Shown here piece after piece: positions 24,837 through 34,600 of a stretch of 64,000 nt of DNA (within the stretch, counting starts at the first letter, position 1; every line of letters begins with the position of its first letter). This stretch comes from Mycobacteriales bacterium (GTDB taxonomy: Bacteria > Actinomycetota > Actinomycetes > Mycobacteriales > SCTD01). Made by a program: the position numbers and the translations under genes. Under the pieces are notes generated by a model. It saw only the letters and a list, made by a program, of their open reading frames with translations. It had not been told where the DNA came from and made no database searches. The stretch is taken from contig JBKJQN010000082.1 of NCBI GenBank assembly GCA_046593925.1, positions 126 through 64,125 on the forward strand, given 5' to 3'.

Positions 24837-26003
24837 TCAGGTGTCCTGACGTTGCCGGTCGTCGGCAATACCGGGCCAGCCCAGGGCACGGGCGCCGAGG
24901 ACGGCGGCGTGCAGGGCGAAACGCTCGGCCGGGTCGGTCGGGTCGACCCCGAGCAGCGCCCGCACCCGGGCGAGCCGGTAGGTGACGGCCCGCACCGACA
25001 GGTGCAGCCGGGCGGCGGTCTGCGTCGCCACCCCGCCCGTGGCGAAGTACGCGTCCAACGTCTCCAGCAGTGGCCCGGCGCCACCGCGGGCCGCCGCGAG
25101 CGGGGCGAGCCGACTGCGGATCAGCTCGTCGACGGCTTCCCTGTCCCGCAGCAGTACGCGGTACACGGCCAGGCCGGCCGCGTCGACCACCGGACCGGGC
25201 AGCCGCAGCCGGTCGGCGAGGGCGAGCGCGTCACGGGCCTGTTCGTACGACGCCCGTACGCCATCCGGACCGACGTGCGGGCGGCCCAGCGCGCCGCGCC
25301 AACCGTCGGGACCGAGCACACCGACGACTCGGTCGCGCACCTGTTCAAGCGCTGCATCATCGGGGGCCGCGAAGATGCAGACCAGGTCACCGCCCTTCAC
25401 GGCGACCAGCACGCCGGCGTCGCCGTACCTGCCCTGCAGGGCACGCTCGAGCCGGCCGAGCAGGGCGGCGGCGCGGTCGTCCTGGAAGCTGCCGCTCGCC
25501 ACCAGCACGGCGTGCGGCGCGCCGAGGTCCACGCCGAGGTCGACGGCGCGGCCGAGCACCGCGACGGCCTCGCCGCGACCGGCCAGCAGCGCGTCGAACA
25601 CCTCGCGGCGGGCCGACTCCTGGCGCCGCGACAGGTCGCCCCGGGCCAGCTGGAACCCCTCGGCAACCGCAGCCACGCCGTCGTCGGCGGCCCGCAGGAC
25701 CGCCAGTCCGGCGGCCCGCACCTGCTCGGCCGACCCGGTCTGCACGACCGGCAGCTCGCGCCACAGCCGCCAGCTCGCCGACAGGTACAGGTCGATCAGT
25801 GCCCGCAGCGCCACACCCTGCACCGCGGCGGCTGCCCCGCGCTCGGCGTACCGCTCGAGCTCCACGGTCCTGAGCCGCCGGCCGCTGTCCGCGGCCTGCG
25901 TCACCGTCGGCAGGAAGTCCCCGAGCAGGGCGGGGTCAAGACCGCCGGCGTCGTCGGCCGCACCGCGGGCCACCGCATCCACATCCACGCCGCTGCCGGT
26001 CAC
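24837..26003 (-). CDS. PucR-family transcriptional regulator
   Basis: It has a C-terminal PucR HTH (LLETLDAYFATGGVATQTAARLHLSVRAVTYRLARVRALLG). Confidence 0.85.
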   Translation of the reverse strand: MTGSGVDVDAVARGAADDAGGLDPALLGDFLPTVTQAADSGRRLRTVELERYAERGAAAAVQGVALRALIDLYLSASWRLWRELPVVQTGSAEQVRAAGLAVLRAADDGVAAVAEGFQLARGDLSRRQESARREVFDALLAGRGEAVAVLGRAVDLGVDLGAPHAVLVASGSFQDDRAAALLGRLERALQGRYGDAGVLVAVKGGDLVCIFAAPDDAALEQVRDRVVGVLGPDGWRGALGRPHVGPDGVRASYEQARDALALADRLRLPGPVVDAAGLAVYRVLLRDREAVDELIRSRLAPLAAARGGAGPLLETLDAYFATGGVATQTAARLHLSVRAVTYRLARVRALLGVDPTDPAERFALHAAVLGARALGWPGIADDRQRQDT

Positions 26004-26026
26004 CGGCAGAGACTACGGTCGACGTC

Positions 26027-27256
26027 ATGGAGATCGAGGTCGGCGACCTGGTGTTCGACGCACTCGCCTTCGGGGATCCGGACGGCGAGCTCGTCCTGCT
26101 GCTGCACGGCTTCCCGCAGAGCGCCCACAGCTGGCGGTACGTCTGGCCCGGGTTGGTCGAGAGTGGCTACCGGGTGGTCGCCCCGGACCAGCGCGGCTAC
26201 TCCCCCGGTGCGCGGCCGCTCGACGTGTCGGCGTACGCCATGCCAGAGCTGGTCGGCGACGTGCTGGGGATGCTCGACGCGCTCGGCGCCTCGAGAGTTC
26301 ACCTGGTGGGCCACGACTGGGGTGCCGCGGTCGCCTGGCAGCTCGCCGCCCGCCACCCGGACCGGGTGCGCACGCTGACCGCCGTCTCCGTACCGCACCC
26401 GGTGGCGTTCACCGAGGCGCTGGCCTCGGATGAGGACCAGCGGCAGCGCTCGCAGTACATGCGGCTGTTCCAGGTCGAGGGCAAGGCTGAGCAGGTGCTG
26501 CTGCGCGAGGACCGGTCCGGGCTGCGTACCTTCTTCGGCGGCGCCGAGGCCTCCGCCGACGTCGAGCGCTACCTGGCCGACATGGCTGAGCCGGGGCGAC
26601 TGACGGCCTGCCTCAACTGGTACCGCGCCGCGAGCCGCAGCTCGGTCGTGGACTTCCCGGCGGTCACGGTCCCGACGCTGTACGTCTGGTCCGACGGTGA
26701 TCTTGCCCTCGGCCGCACCGCCGCCGAAGCCACAGCCAGCCATGTCGACGGGCCCTACCGCTTCGCCGAGCTCCCGGGGGTCAGTCACTGGATCCCCGAG
26801 GAGGCCCCCGACCAGCTCGGGGATCCAGTGACTGACCCCCGAGGAGGCCCCCGACCAGCTCGTCGCGTTGCTGCTGGAGCACCTGCGCCAGTGATCGCCA
26901 GCGTCGCCGCGGTCCGGCCCGGGGCCCGGCTGCACCAGGTGCCCGGGCCACCCGACGAGCTCGTCGTACACGGCGGCAACGAGGTGTTCCGACTGCCGCG
27001 CCCGCTGCGCGGGACCACCTGCTGCTGGCCGTACGCGTGCTACCCCGGCTGCGGTCGCTGCTTGCCGGTGGCGCTGCCCGCGCCCCGGCTGGTGGGCGTG
27101 CTGGCCGACGGCGAGACACCATTCACCGGAGAGCCGAGCCTGCCGGGGGGTGCCGGCCACCGGGAACCTCTCGCCGATCGCCGCCGGGCTGGTCGCGGCG
27201 CTCGGGCTGCCGAAGTGGCCGGTCTGGACCCTGCACTGCGGTCGGCGCTCGACTAG
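26027..27256 (+). CDS. alpha/beta hydrolase (epoxide-hydrolase/dehalogenase-like); 3' end reframed by a 43-bp insertion
   Basis: It has HGFPQS, GHDWGA and GVSHW. After PEEAPDQL the frame shifts into a 130-codon extension. The homolog-like end, PEEAPDQLVALLLEHLRQ*, is present in another frame and stops at 26892-26894. Confidence 0.8.
   Translation: MEIEVGDLVFDALAFGDPDGELVLLLHGFPQSAHSWRYVWPGLVESGYRVVAPDQRGYSPGARPLDVSAYAMPELVGDVLGMLDALGASRVHLVGHDWGAAVAWQLAARHPDRVRTLTAVSVPHPVAFTEALASDEDQRQRSQYMRLFQVEGKAEQVLLREDRSGLRTFFGGAEASADVERYLADMAEPGRLTACLNWYRAASRSSVVDFPAVTVPTLYVWSDGDLALGRTAAEATASHVDGPYRFAELPGVSHWIPEEAPDQLGDPVTDPRGGPRPARRVAAGAPAPVIASVAAVRPGARLHQVPGPPDELVVHGGNEVFRLPRPLRGTTCCWPYACYPGCGRCLPVALPAPRLVGVLADGETPFTGEPSLPGGAGHREPLADRRRAGRGARAAEVAGLDPALRSALD
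26776..26863. repeat. 21-bp perfect inverted repeat plus 23-nt direct duplication (quasi-palindrome insertion)
   Basis: gggggtcagtcactggatccc (26776-26796) has its exact reverse complement at 26820-26840. gaggaggcccccgaccagctcg occurs at 26798 and again at 26841, an offset of 43 bp. Confidence 0.95.
26950..27256 (+). pseudogene. possible phosphotransferase (APH-family) N-terminal relic
   Basis: VVHGGNEVFRLPRP and LPVALPAPRLVG...FTGEPSLPG resemble the N-lobe of APH-family kinases. There are frame breaks and no C-lobe. It is read as the hydrolase extension. Confidence 0.3.
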
Positions 27257-27265
27257 CGTCCGGGC

Positions 27266-28030
27266 GTGCGCCTGGCGACCTGGAACGTGCTGAACGGCAC
27301 GTCGCTGACCGACGGCATCGTTGACGCAGCGCGGCTGCAGCGCGCCGCGAAGGCACTGTCGGCGGACGTCCTCGGGCTGCAGGAGGTCGACCGGGGCCAG
27401 CCCCGCTCGCACGGGCTCGACCTCGTTGCCGAGGTCGGCGAGGGCACCGGCGCCGCTGCATGGCGCTTCGTCCCGGCGCTGATCGGCACCCCCGGCGGCT
27501 CGTGGCGGGCTGCGCACGCCGGCGACGAGGCGGCCGAGGCGGTGGCGTACGGCGTCGGGCTGGTCTCGGCGCACCCGGTGGTGTCCTGGCACGTGCTGCG
27601 GCTGGCGCCGGCCCGGGTCCGCTCGCCGATCGTGCTACCCGGGAGCCGGCAGGTGATCTGGCTGCAGGACGAGCCGCGGGTCGCGGTCGCAGCGGTGATC
27701 GACGGACCGTACGGCGTGATGACCGTTGCCTCGACGCACCTGTCGTTCGTCCCGGTCTGGAACGCCATCCAGCTGCGCCGACTGACCCGCTGGCTCGGGC
27801 GGTTGCCCGCCCCGCAGGTGCTGCTCGGTGACCTCAACATGCCAGCGTTCGCGGCCGGCCCCGTGTCGGGCTGGCGGGTGCTCGGCAGGCAGCCGACCTA
27901 CCCTTCGCCGGAGCCCAAGGTGCAACTGGACCACGTCCTCGGCGCGGGCTCCCTGCCGCCGGTGCGGTCTGTCGAGACGCCTGCTCTGGACGTGTCAGAC
28001 CACCGGCCGCTCGTGGTCGAGCTGCACTAG
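27266..28030 (+). CDS. endonuclease/exonuclease/phosphatase (EEP) family protein
   Basis: The product runs MRLATWNVLNG...LQEVD...DHRPLVVELH. Confidence 0.85.
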   Translation: MRLATWNVLNGTSLTDGIVDAARLQRAAKALSADVLGLQEVDRGQPRSHGLDLVAEVGEGTGAAAWRFVPALIGTPGGSWRAAHAGDEAAEAVAYGVGLVSAHPVVSWHVLRLAPARVRSPIVLPGSRQVIWLQDEPRVAVAAVIDGPYGVMTVASTHLSFVPVWNAIQLRRLTRWLGRLPAPQVLLGDLNMPAFAAGPVSGWRVLGRQPTYPSPEPKVQLDHVLGAGSLPPVRSVETPALDVSDHRPLVVELH

Positions 28031-28072
28031 TCGACATGAGCACGGGGTCGAGTACCCCCGGGCGCCGCTAGC

Positions 28073-28747
28073 GTGCCGGTCGTGGAGACCAGGGTTGCGC
28101 GCGGGGACGATGCCGCCGCGGCGCTCGAGGTGTGGCGGGCGTCGCTGGCCGCAGCCGGTTCGCGCCCCTCGGCGTCCCGTACCGCGGATGTGGCTGGCCG
28201 GCTCGGTGCCGGGGACGCCCTGCTGGTCGTGGCGATCGACGAGGAGCAGCTGCGGGGCTTCGCGCTCGGCGGCTGGGTGCCTTCCGGCGACGGCTTCGTC
28301 CTGGGGGTGCTGCGACTGGTCGACCTGGTCGTGCACCATGCCGTACGGCGGCAGGGCATTGGCAGCAACCTCGCCGAGGCCCTCGCCGACGCCGGCTGGG
28401 CCCGCGGGGCACGTCGGCTGGTCGCCACGACCGGTGATCCGGACGCCAGGGCGTTCCTGTCGGCGTGCGGACTCGAGCCGGACGTCATGGGCCCGCCCGA
28501 CGAGCTCGTCGGCGAGCTCGAGGCGCCGGTGCGTGAGGTGCTGCTGCGCGAGGACGGCGTACGGCTGGGTCAGCTGCTCAAGCTCGCGGGCCTGGTCGAG
28601 ACCGGCGCCGAGGCCAAGGCGCTGCTCGCGGCGGGCGGCGTCGAGGTCGACGGTCAGCTCGAGGTGCGCCGCGGCCGGCAGCTGCAGGGCGGCGAGGTCG
28701 TCGCCGCCCGGGACCAGACCGTCCGGGTCGTCCTGCCGACCAGCTGA
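28073..28747 (+). CDS. GNAT acetyltransferase domain fused in frame to a YbcJ-type S4 RNA-binding domain
   Basis: The N-terminus has VVHHAVRRQGIGSNLAEAL (GNAT motif A). The C-terminus has VRLGQLLKLAGLVETGAEAKALLAAGGVEVDGQLEVRRGRQLQGGEVV (S4/YbcJ-like). An internal ATG at 28487 could give a separate S4 protein. Confidence 0.7.
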   Translation: MPVVETRVARGDDAAAALEVWRASLAAAGSRPSASRTADVAGRLGAGDALLVVAIDEEQLRGFALGGWVPSGDGFVLGVLRLVDLVVHHAVRRQGIGSNLAEALADAGWARGARRLVATTGDPDARAFLSACGLEPDVMGPPDELVGELEAPVREVLLREDGVRLGQLLKLAGLVETGAEAKALLAAGGVEVDGQLEVRRGRQLQGGEVVAARDQTVRVVLPTS

Positions 28748-28900
28748 GGTACCGCTCGGCTGGGGCTCTTCCTGCAGGAACGAGCGGATCTGGGTGCTGA
28801 CAATCTGACAGGGAGCCGGATCAGCGGTCCTCCGCCAGTTCCCGCCGCGACCCGGACGGACCGGACTGGCGGCACGTCAGCCCAGACCGGGACGCCTGCC

Positions 28901-28971
28901 GGGCGGGCCGGTCACCGCCACCCGAGCGGTCCCGTCACCGTCCGGCCGAGCGGGCCGGTCATCGTCCGGCC
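28901..28971. repeat. three imperfect tandem copies of a 23-24-nt unit
   Basis: The copies are gggcgggccggtcaccgccaccc, gagcggtcccgtcaccgtccggcc and gagcgggccggtcatcgtccggcc. They overlap the 3' end of the thermonuclease gene. Confidence 0.8.
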
Positions 28972-29615
28972 TCGGGGCAGGCGGCCCATAGCCCTGCCCG
29001 CTCCCGCTTGGCCGCCGCAAACGCCCCGTCCAGCTCCCCGGCCAGACCGGGGTTCTCGTGCCGGTACTGTCCGAGGTAGCGGTCGTCGGCGTAGCCGCCA
29101 CGGGCCAGCGACACGTTCAGGTCGGTGCCGTCCGCCGTCGTGACCAGCGAGACCGCCCGGCCATACCGGTCCTTCGCGTACACCAGGGCCCGAAAGCCCG
29201 ACGCCACCAGCTCCTTGCGCCGGGCGGTGGCCTGCGGGCCGTAGCACTCGTTGACCTCCGGCGTGTTGACCAGTCCCAGCCGGTACTCCCGCCCGGCGGT
29301 GTCCCGCCAGGAGTCGCCGTCACCCCCGGCGGCCGGGCGCAGCAGCGGACCAGCGACGGCGGTGCTTACCGGGCCCGCCGTCGCAGCGGCGGTACCCGCG
29401 GGCGGCGACCCGGCGCGCGCGGCGGTAGCAGGTGCCGACCCCGTCCCGGTGCAGGCCGACAACGTGATGATGGCGACGGCTACCCGCACCCGGCTGACCA
29501 GGACCCGGCTGCGCCGAGCGGGAACGGCAGCCCGGCGGGCGCCGGACAGAGCTGGCGGGATCACGGGGAGCGTGTCGACAGTCCGCCGAGCGGACTGGAG
29601 GCTGCGGTTGACCAC
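28959..29615 (-). CDS. thermonuclease (SNase-like) family lipoprotein
   Basis: It has a lipobox (VAVAIITLSAC) and an SNase-like YRLGLVNTPE...KDRYGRAVSLV. The start is GTG 29615, or GTG 29489 (MRVAVAIITLSAC). Confidence 0.75.
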   Translation of the reverse strand: MVNRSLQSARRTVDTLPVIPPALSGARRAAVPARRSRVLVSRVRVAVAIITLSACTGTGSAPATAARAGSPPAGTAAATAGPVSTAVAGPLLRPAAGGDGDSWRDTAGREYRLGLVNTPEVNECYGPQATARRKELVASGFRALVYAKDRYGRAVSLVTTADGTDLNVSLARGGYADDRYLGQYRHENPGLAGELDGAFAAAKRERAGLWAACPEAGR

Positions 29616-29619
29616 GAGG

Positions 29620-31503
29620 TCATACGAGCAGCTGGCGGGCGGCCAGGTCGCGGTAGAGCGCGGAACTGAGGACCAGCTCATCGTGCGTTCCGGTGGCCAC
29701 GACAGCGCCTTCGTCCAGCACGACGATCCGGTCGGCGTCGACCACCGTGGACAGCCGGTGCGCAATCACCAGGACCGTGGTGTCCGGACCGATCGCCGCC
29801 ACCGCTCGGGACAGCGCCTCCTCGTTGCGAGCGTCCAACGACGCCGTCGGCTCGTCGAGCAGAAGCAGGGCAGGGCGCGACAGCAGCGCGCGGGCAATGG
29901 CCAGGCGCTGCCGCTGACCACCGGACAGCAGGATCCCGTCATCACCGACCTGCGCCCCGAGACCGGCCGGGCTGCGCGTGACGAGCTCGCTCAGATTCAC
30001 CTGGGCCAGCACGTCGAGGAGCCGGTCGTCGTCGGCGTCCGGAGCCCCGAGCAGCAGGTTGTCGCGCAGGGTGCCGGCCAGGGCCGGGGCGTCCTGCTCG
30101 ACGTAGGCCATCCGGGCGCGCAGCGCATCGCGGGCGAGGTCGCGCACGTCGTGCCCGCCGACGTACACCGTCCCGTTGTCGACGTCGTAGAACCGCTCGA
30201 CGAGCGCCAGGACGGTGGACTTGCCGGCGCCGGATGGCCCGACCAGCGCCGTACGCCGACCCGCTGGCGCCGTGAAGCTGACGCCGGCGAGAACCTGGGT
30301 GCCCGCGTCACCCGGGTAGGCGAAGCGCACGTCGCTGAACGCGACCTCGACCGGCTGGTCGCCAAGCGCTGCTGGCAACCCGCGGTCGCCGGCCGTCTCC
30401 TCCGGCAGCGCCAGCACCTCCTCGATCCGCGCGAGCGCGCCCAACCCGGTCTGGATGGCGGTGAGTGCCGCGATGCCCTGCGCCAGCGGCTGTACCAGCA
30501 GGAACAGCAGCAGCACGAAGGCCACCAGGTCGGCCACCGTGATCGTGCCGGCGGCGACCCGGGCGCCGCCGACCCCCAGCACCGCCAGGAAGGCGCCCTG
30601 GACGGCGATGGCTGCCAGCGGACCCAGCACGGCCTGCAGCCGGGCGAGCCGCAGCCCTGCCCGGAAGGCCTCCCGAGCGGACAGGTCGACCGCTGCCGCT
30701 TCCCGCTGTTCCGCGCGGGCAGCCCGGATCGTGCGCACCCCGGAAAGTGCCCGCTCCACCCCGGCGGTCATCGTGCCCACCGCCGTCTGCGCGGCCAGCG
30801 AGGCCGAGCGCACCCGGCGCACCACGGCGATCGCGCCCGAGAAGCCGATGGCCACGGCCAGCACGGTGATCCCCAGCAGCATCCGGTCGACGACCGCCAT
30901 GGCGACCAGGGAGCCCACGGCGATGACCACCCCGGACACCAGGTCCACCAGGCCGGAGGTGACGACCGTACGGAGCAGCGTGGTGTCGGCGCCCACCCGT
31001 GAGATGAGGTCGCCTGCGCGCCGCCGGTCCAGCTCGGCGACCGGCAGTCGCAGCAGGCGCCGTACCAGTAGCGTCCGGGTGCCCAGAACCACCGCTTCCC
31101 CGGTGCGCTGCAGCAGGTAGCTCTGGATACCGGACAGCACTGCGGCGACGATCAGCGCAGCCACCAGCAGCGTGACCGCCCCGCGCAACGGCTGGGTCCG
31201 CTGGATGTCCTGGATGACCCGTCGCACCAGGAGCGGCTGGGCCAGCGCGGCCGCCGCATTGGCAGCGGCGAGCATTCCGGCGCACGCGAGCGCGGCCCGG
31301 TGCGCCCGGAGCAACGTCCAGAGCGTGCCCAGCGGAGCCCGCAGCACGGCGTCGGTGCCGTCAGGGTCGGTGGCGTGACCGCGAGCAATCACGCCCACGG
31401 CAGCCGCTTCGCCGCCGGCGTGGGTGGCGTCGGGCGGGTCGGTGCCGTCCGCCGGGCTCACGACGTCGGCGGGGCTGCTCCAGCGGTCCTGCCTCGGCTG
31501 CAT
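29620..31503 (-). CDS. ABC exporter, fused permease and ATPase (MsbA/MdlB type)
   Basis: It has a six-TM domain followed by GPSGAGKST, LSGGQRQRLAIARAL and LLLDEPT. The start is ATG 31503 (alternative GTG 31554). The upstream part of the track ORF overlaps adnB in another frame. Confidence 0.85.
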   Translation of the reverse strand: MQPRQDRWSSPADVVSPADGTDPPDATHAGGEAAAVGVIARGHATDPDGTDAVLRAPLGTLWTLLRAHRAALACAGMLAAANAAAALAQPLLVRRVIQDIQRTQPLRGAVTLLVAALIVAAVLSGIQSYLLQRTGEAVVLGTRTLLVRRLLRLPVAELDRRRAGDLISRVGADTTLLRTVVTSGLVDLVSGVVIAVGSLVAMAVVDRMLLGITVLAVAIGFSGAIAVVRRVRSASLAAQTAVGTMTAGVERALSGVRTIRAARAEQREAAAVDLSAREAFRAGLRLARLQAVLGPLAAIAVQGAFLAVLGVGGARVAAGTITVADLVAFVLLLFLLVQPLAQGIAALTAIQTGLGALARIEEVLALPEETAGDRGLPAALGDQPVEVAFSDVRFAYPGDAGTQVLAGVSFTAPAGRRTALVGPSGAGKSTVLALVERFYDVDNGTVYVGGHDVRDLARDALRARMAYVEQDAPALAGTLRDNLLLGAPDADDDRLLDVLAQVNLSELVTRSPAGLGAQVGDDGILLSGGQRQRLAIARALLSRPALLLLDEPTASLDARNEEALSRAVAAIGPDTTVLVIAHRLSTVVDADRIVVLDEGAVVATGTHDELVLSSALYRDLAARQLLV

Positions 31504-31678
31504 CACCCACCCATCGTCGGGGTCGCGCTGCTGGCGCACCACCTCATCGGACACCGCCTGCCGTACCGGATCCGGCACGGGGTCGCCCGACGGGCGCAGC
31601 AGCAGGACGCGCCGGGGGGCTGGCTGCCCGGGTGTGGCCGGCCGGGAGCACCGGAACACCGGGAGCGGCGGATGGCGC

Positions 31679-34600
31679 TCATCCGCCGCCCAGCCGTGGG
31701 ACGTCCCGGAGCAGGGCGCGCAGCCGGTCCGCGCCCAGCAGGTCAGCCGGCCGGACCGTGATCCCCTGCGCGACGTAGTGGAAGGCGGCGCCGATCCGCT
31801 CCAGCGGGGTGCCGGACAGCTCGTGCCAGGCCAACCGGTACGCCGCCAGCTGCACGGCAGCCGCCTGGGCGTCCGCGCCGACAGGCGGCGCCCCGGTCTT
31901 CCAGTCGACGATCTCGGCGCGGTCGCCGCCTGAGTAGACGGCGTCCATGCGGCCGCGGACGAGGACCCCCTCGACCTCCATCTCGAAGGGCACCTCGATC
32001 TCGGCGGGCTCGCGGCCCCACCAGCTGCTGCGCCGGAAGGCCTCCTGCAGCGCGGCCAGGTCGGCACCGACCGGCGCCTGGTCCGCGCTGCCCGGCAGCT
32101 CCAGCGGGTCGAGCAGCTGGGGGGTGCCGAAGACGACGGTCTCTAGCCAGGCGTGGAAGGCGGTGCCGCGCCGGGCGACGAGCGACGGCCGTCGCGGCAG
32201 CGGCCGGAGCAGTGCGCGGGCCAGCGCCTGCGGGTCGCGGCGCAGCTCGACGAGTCGGCTCACCGACAGCTGCCCCGGCAGCACGGCGTGCGTACGCCGG
32301 CCGCGGCGCCGGCGTTCCTCGTCGGCGAGCCGCTGCAGGTCGTCGTCCCAGACCGCCACCTGCCGGGCAGCCTCGCTCGACAGGACGTGGGCGTTGTCGA
32401 CGGGTGCGCCGTCAAGCAGCTCCCGGACGCGCTCGGCAGCCGCCTGCACCTGCCGCCCGGCCGGGGGCGCGGGGTCCGGCCAGCTCGCGGCCCGGCCCTG
32501 CGCGACCAGGGGGTTGGGCTCCGGCACCTTCTCGACCCAGACGTCGACATCGCCCGCGCCCTGCTCGCACGCCTGCCGGGCCTCGAGCAGGAAGACCGAC
32601 GGACCGAGCGGCTGTCGCTGGTGGCCCCAGTGATGGCCCGAGCACAGCAGCAGCCGCTCGGCGCGGGTGAACGCGACGTAGGCGAGCCGGCGCTCCTCAC
32701 GGGCGTCGCGCTCGGCGAGGGCGGCTGCGAAGGCCTCGAGGTCGACCTTGCCGAGACCGGCCAGGCACGGCAGGTCGCCCGAGTCGCCGCGCAGCGGGAA
32801 CGGCAGCAGCCTCGGGGTCTTCAGCCACGATGTCCCCTGCGGCTTGCCGGGGAAGACCGCCGGGCCGCCAGCGGCCACCGAGCGGGCCAGGCCGGGTACG
32901 GCCACGACAGCCCACTCCAGGCCCTTCGCGGCGTGCACCGTCATCAGCTTGACCGTGTCGGCTGCTCCCGGTGCGCCGGCGTCGAGGCCGTTCTCCTCCT
33001 CGGCGGCGGCGCCGAGGTAGGCCAGGAACGCTGACAGCACCGCCTCGCCCGAGCCGTCCTGCGCGGCGTCACCGGCGAAGGACGCCGCCGCGTCGGCGAA
33101 CGCGTCGAGGTCGGCGCGTGCCTGCGCCGGACCGGGGGCGCCGACCCGGGCGACGACTTCGACATCGAGGCCGAGGGTGCGCTCGACGTCCGCGACGAGC
33201 TCGGGCAGCGGCTGGTCGGCCCGTCGGCGCAACGACCGCAGCTCGTCGCGCAGGGCGGTCATCCGCCGGCGGCCCTCGTCCGACAGCCCATGCTGTGGCA
33301 GCTCGTCGAGGGCGTCGACGAGCGAGCCCGCGTCGGCGTCGGCCACCCCGAGCACCACCGCCTCGACCGCGTCGCCCGGCTCCCGCCCGGTCACCCTTCG
33401 GACCAGCGTCCGGGCCTGCGCACCGAGGGCGGCGAGGTCGCGCGGGCCAATCCGCCAGCGCGGCCCGGTGAGCAGGCGCAGCAGCTCGGCGTCAGCCGTC
33501 GGGTCGTCGAGCACCCGCAGCGTGGCCACCAGGTCGGCGACCTCCGGCACGCTGAGCAGGCCACCCAGACCAACCACCTCCACGGGCACCTCGATCGCCT
33601 CGAAGGCCTCGCGCAGCGCCGGGAACAGCGACCGCTTGCGGCACAGCACCGCGGCCCGCGCCCACTGCCGGCCGCGCTCGTCGTCCGGCGGCAGGGCCAG
33701 GACGGCAGCCCGGACCTGCTGCGCGACCCACTCAGCCTCGCTCACGACGTCGGCCAGCAGCGCGCACCGGACCCACCCGGCCCGCTCGCGCCCGGGCGCC
33801 GGGCCCAGCTCCCGGACCTGTACGCCGTCCGTACGCAGGTCCGCGGCGACCAGGTTGGCCAGCTGCAGCACCCGACCCCCGCTGCGATAGGTCGTGGACA
33901 GCTGCCGGGTCGCCGCCGGGTCGGCGCCGTAGAGCGCGGCGAACCGGCGCAGCGTGCCGGCGCTGGCGCCCCGCCAGCCGTAGATGCTCTGGCAGGGGTC
34001 GCCCACCGCAGTGACCGGGTGGCCGTCACCGAACAGCGAGCCCAGCAGCACCTCCTGGGCCGCCCCGGTGTCCTGGTACTCGTCCAGCAGCACGACCGGA
34101 TGGGCTTCGCGCTCGGCGGCCCGCACCTCAGGGCAGTCGCGAGCCAGCTGCGCGGCCAGGGCGACAACGTCGCCGAAGTCGAGCAGCTCGCGCGCCCGCT
34201 TCAGCGCGGTGTAGCTCGCCACCACCGGTAGCAGCTGCTCACGGACCGCCTGGCAGACCAGAACGTCCCGGGCCGGCTTGAGCAGCCCGGATGTCGCGTC
34301 CCCGGTCGCCCGCAGCCAGGCACCGAGATCCACGACGTCCTGCGGCACGCGCAGGTGCTCCGACAGGTCGCCGGCCAGAGCCAGCACGGTCTGCACCGCG
34401 GTCGACTCGGCCATGTCCTTGGCGTCCAGCGGGCCGTCGTAGGTGGCGACGGCCCGCGAGGCGAGCTGCCAGCTCGTCGCCGGAGTGATCAGCCGGGCCG
34501 CCGGCTCGCGCCCCAGCCGCAGCGCGTGGTCGCGCACCAACCGTCCGGCGTACGCGTGGTAGGTCGACACCATCGGCTCGAGGTCGGCGTACGCGTCGGG

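Noticed and set aside
26027-27256. Treating the 409-aa ORF as a native full-length hydrolase-fusion protein
   Set aside because: The extension begins exactly at a 43-bp locally derived insertion. The canonical C-terminus and stop are present in the displaced frame.
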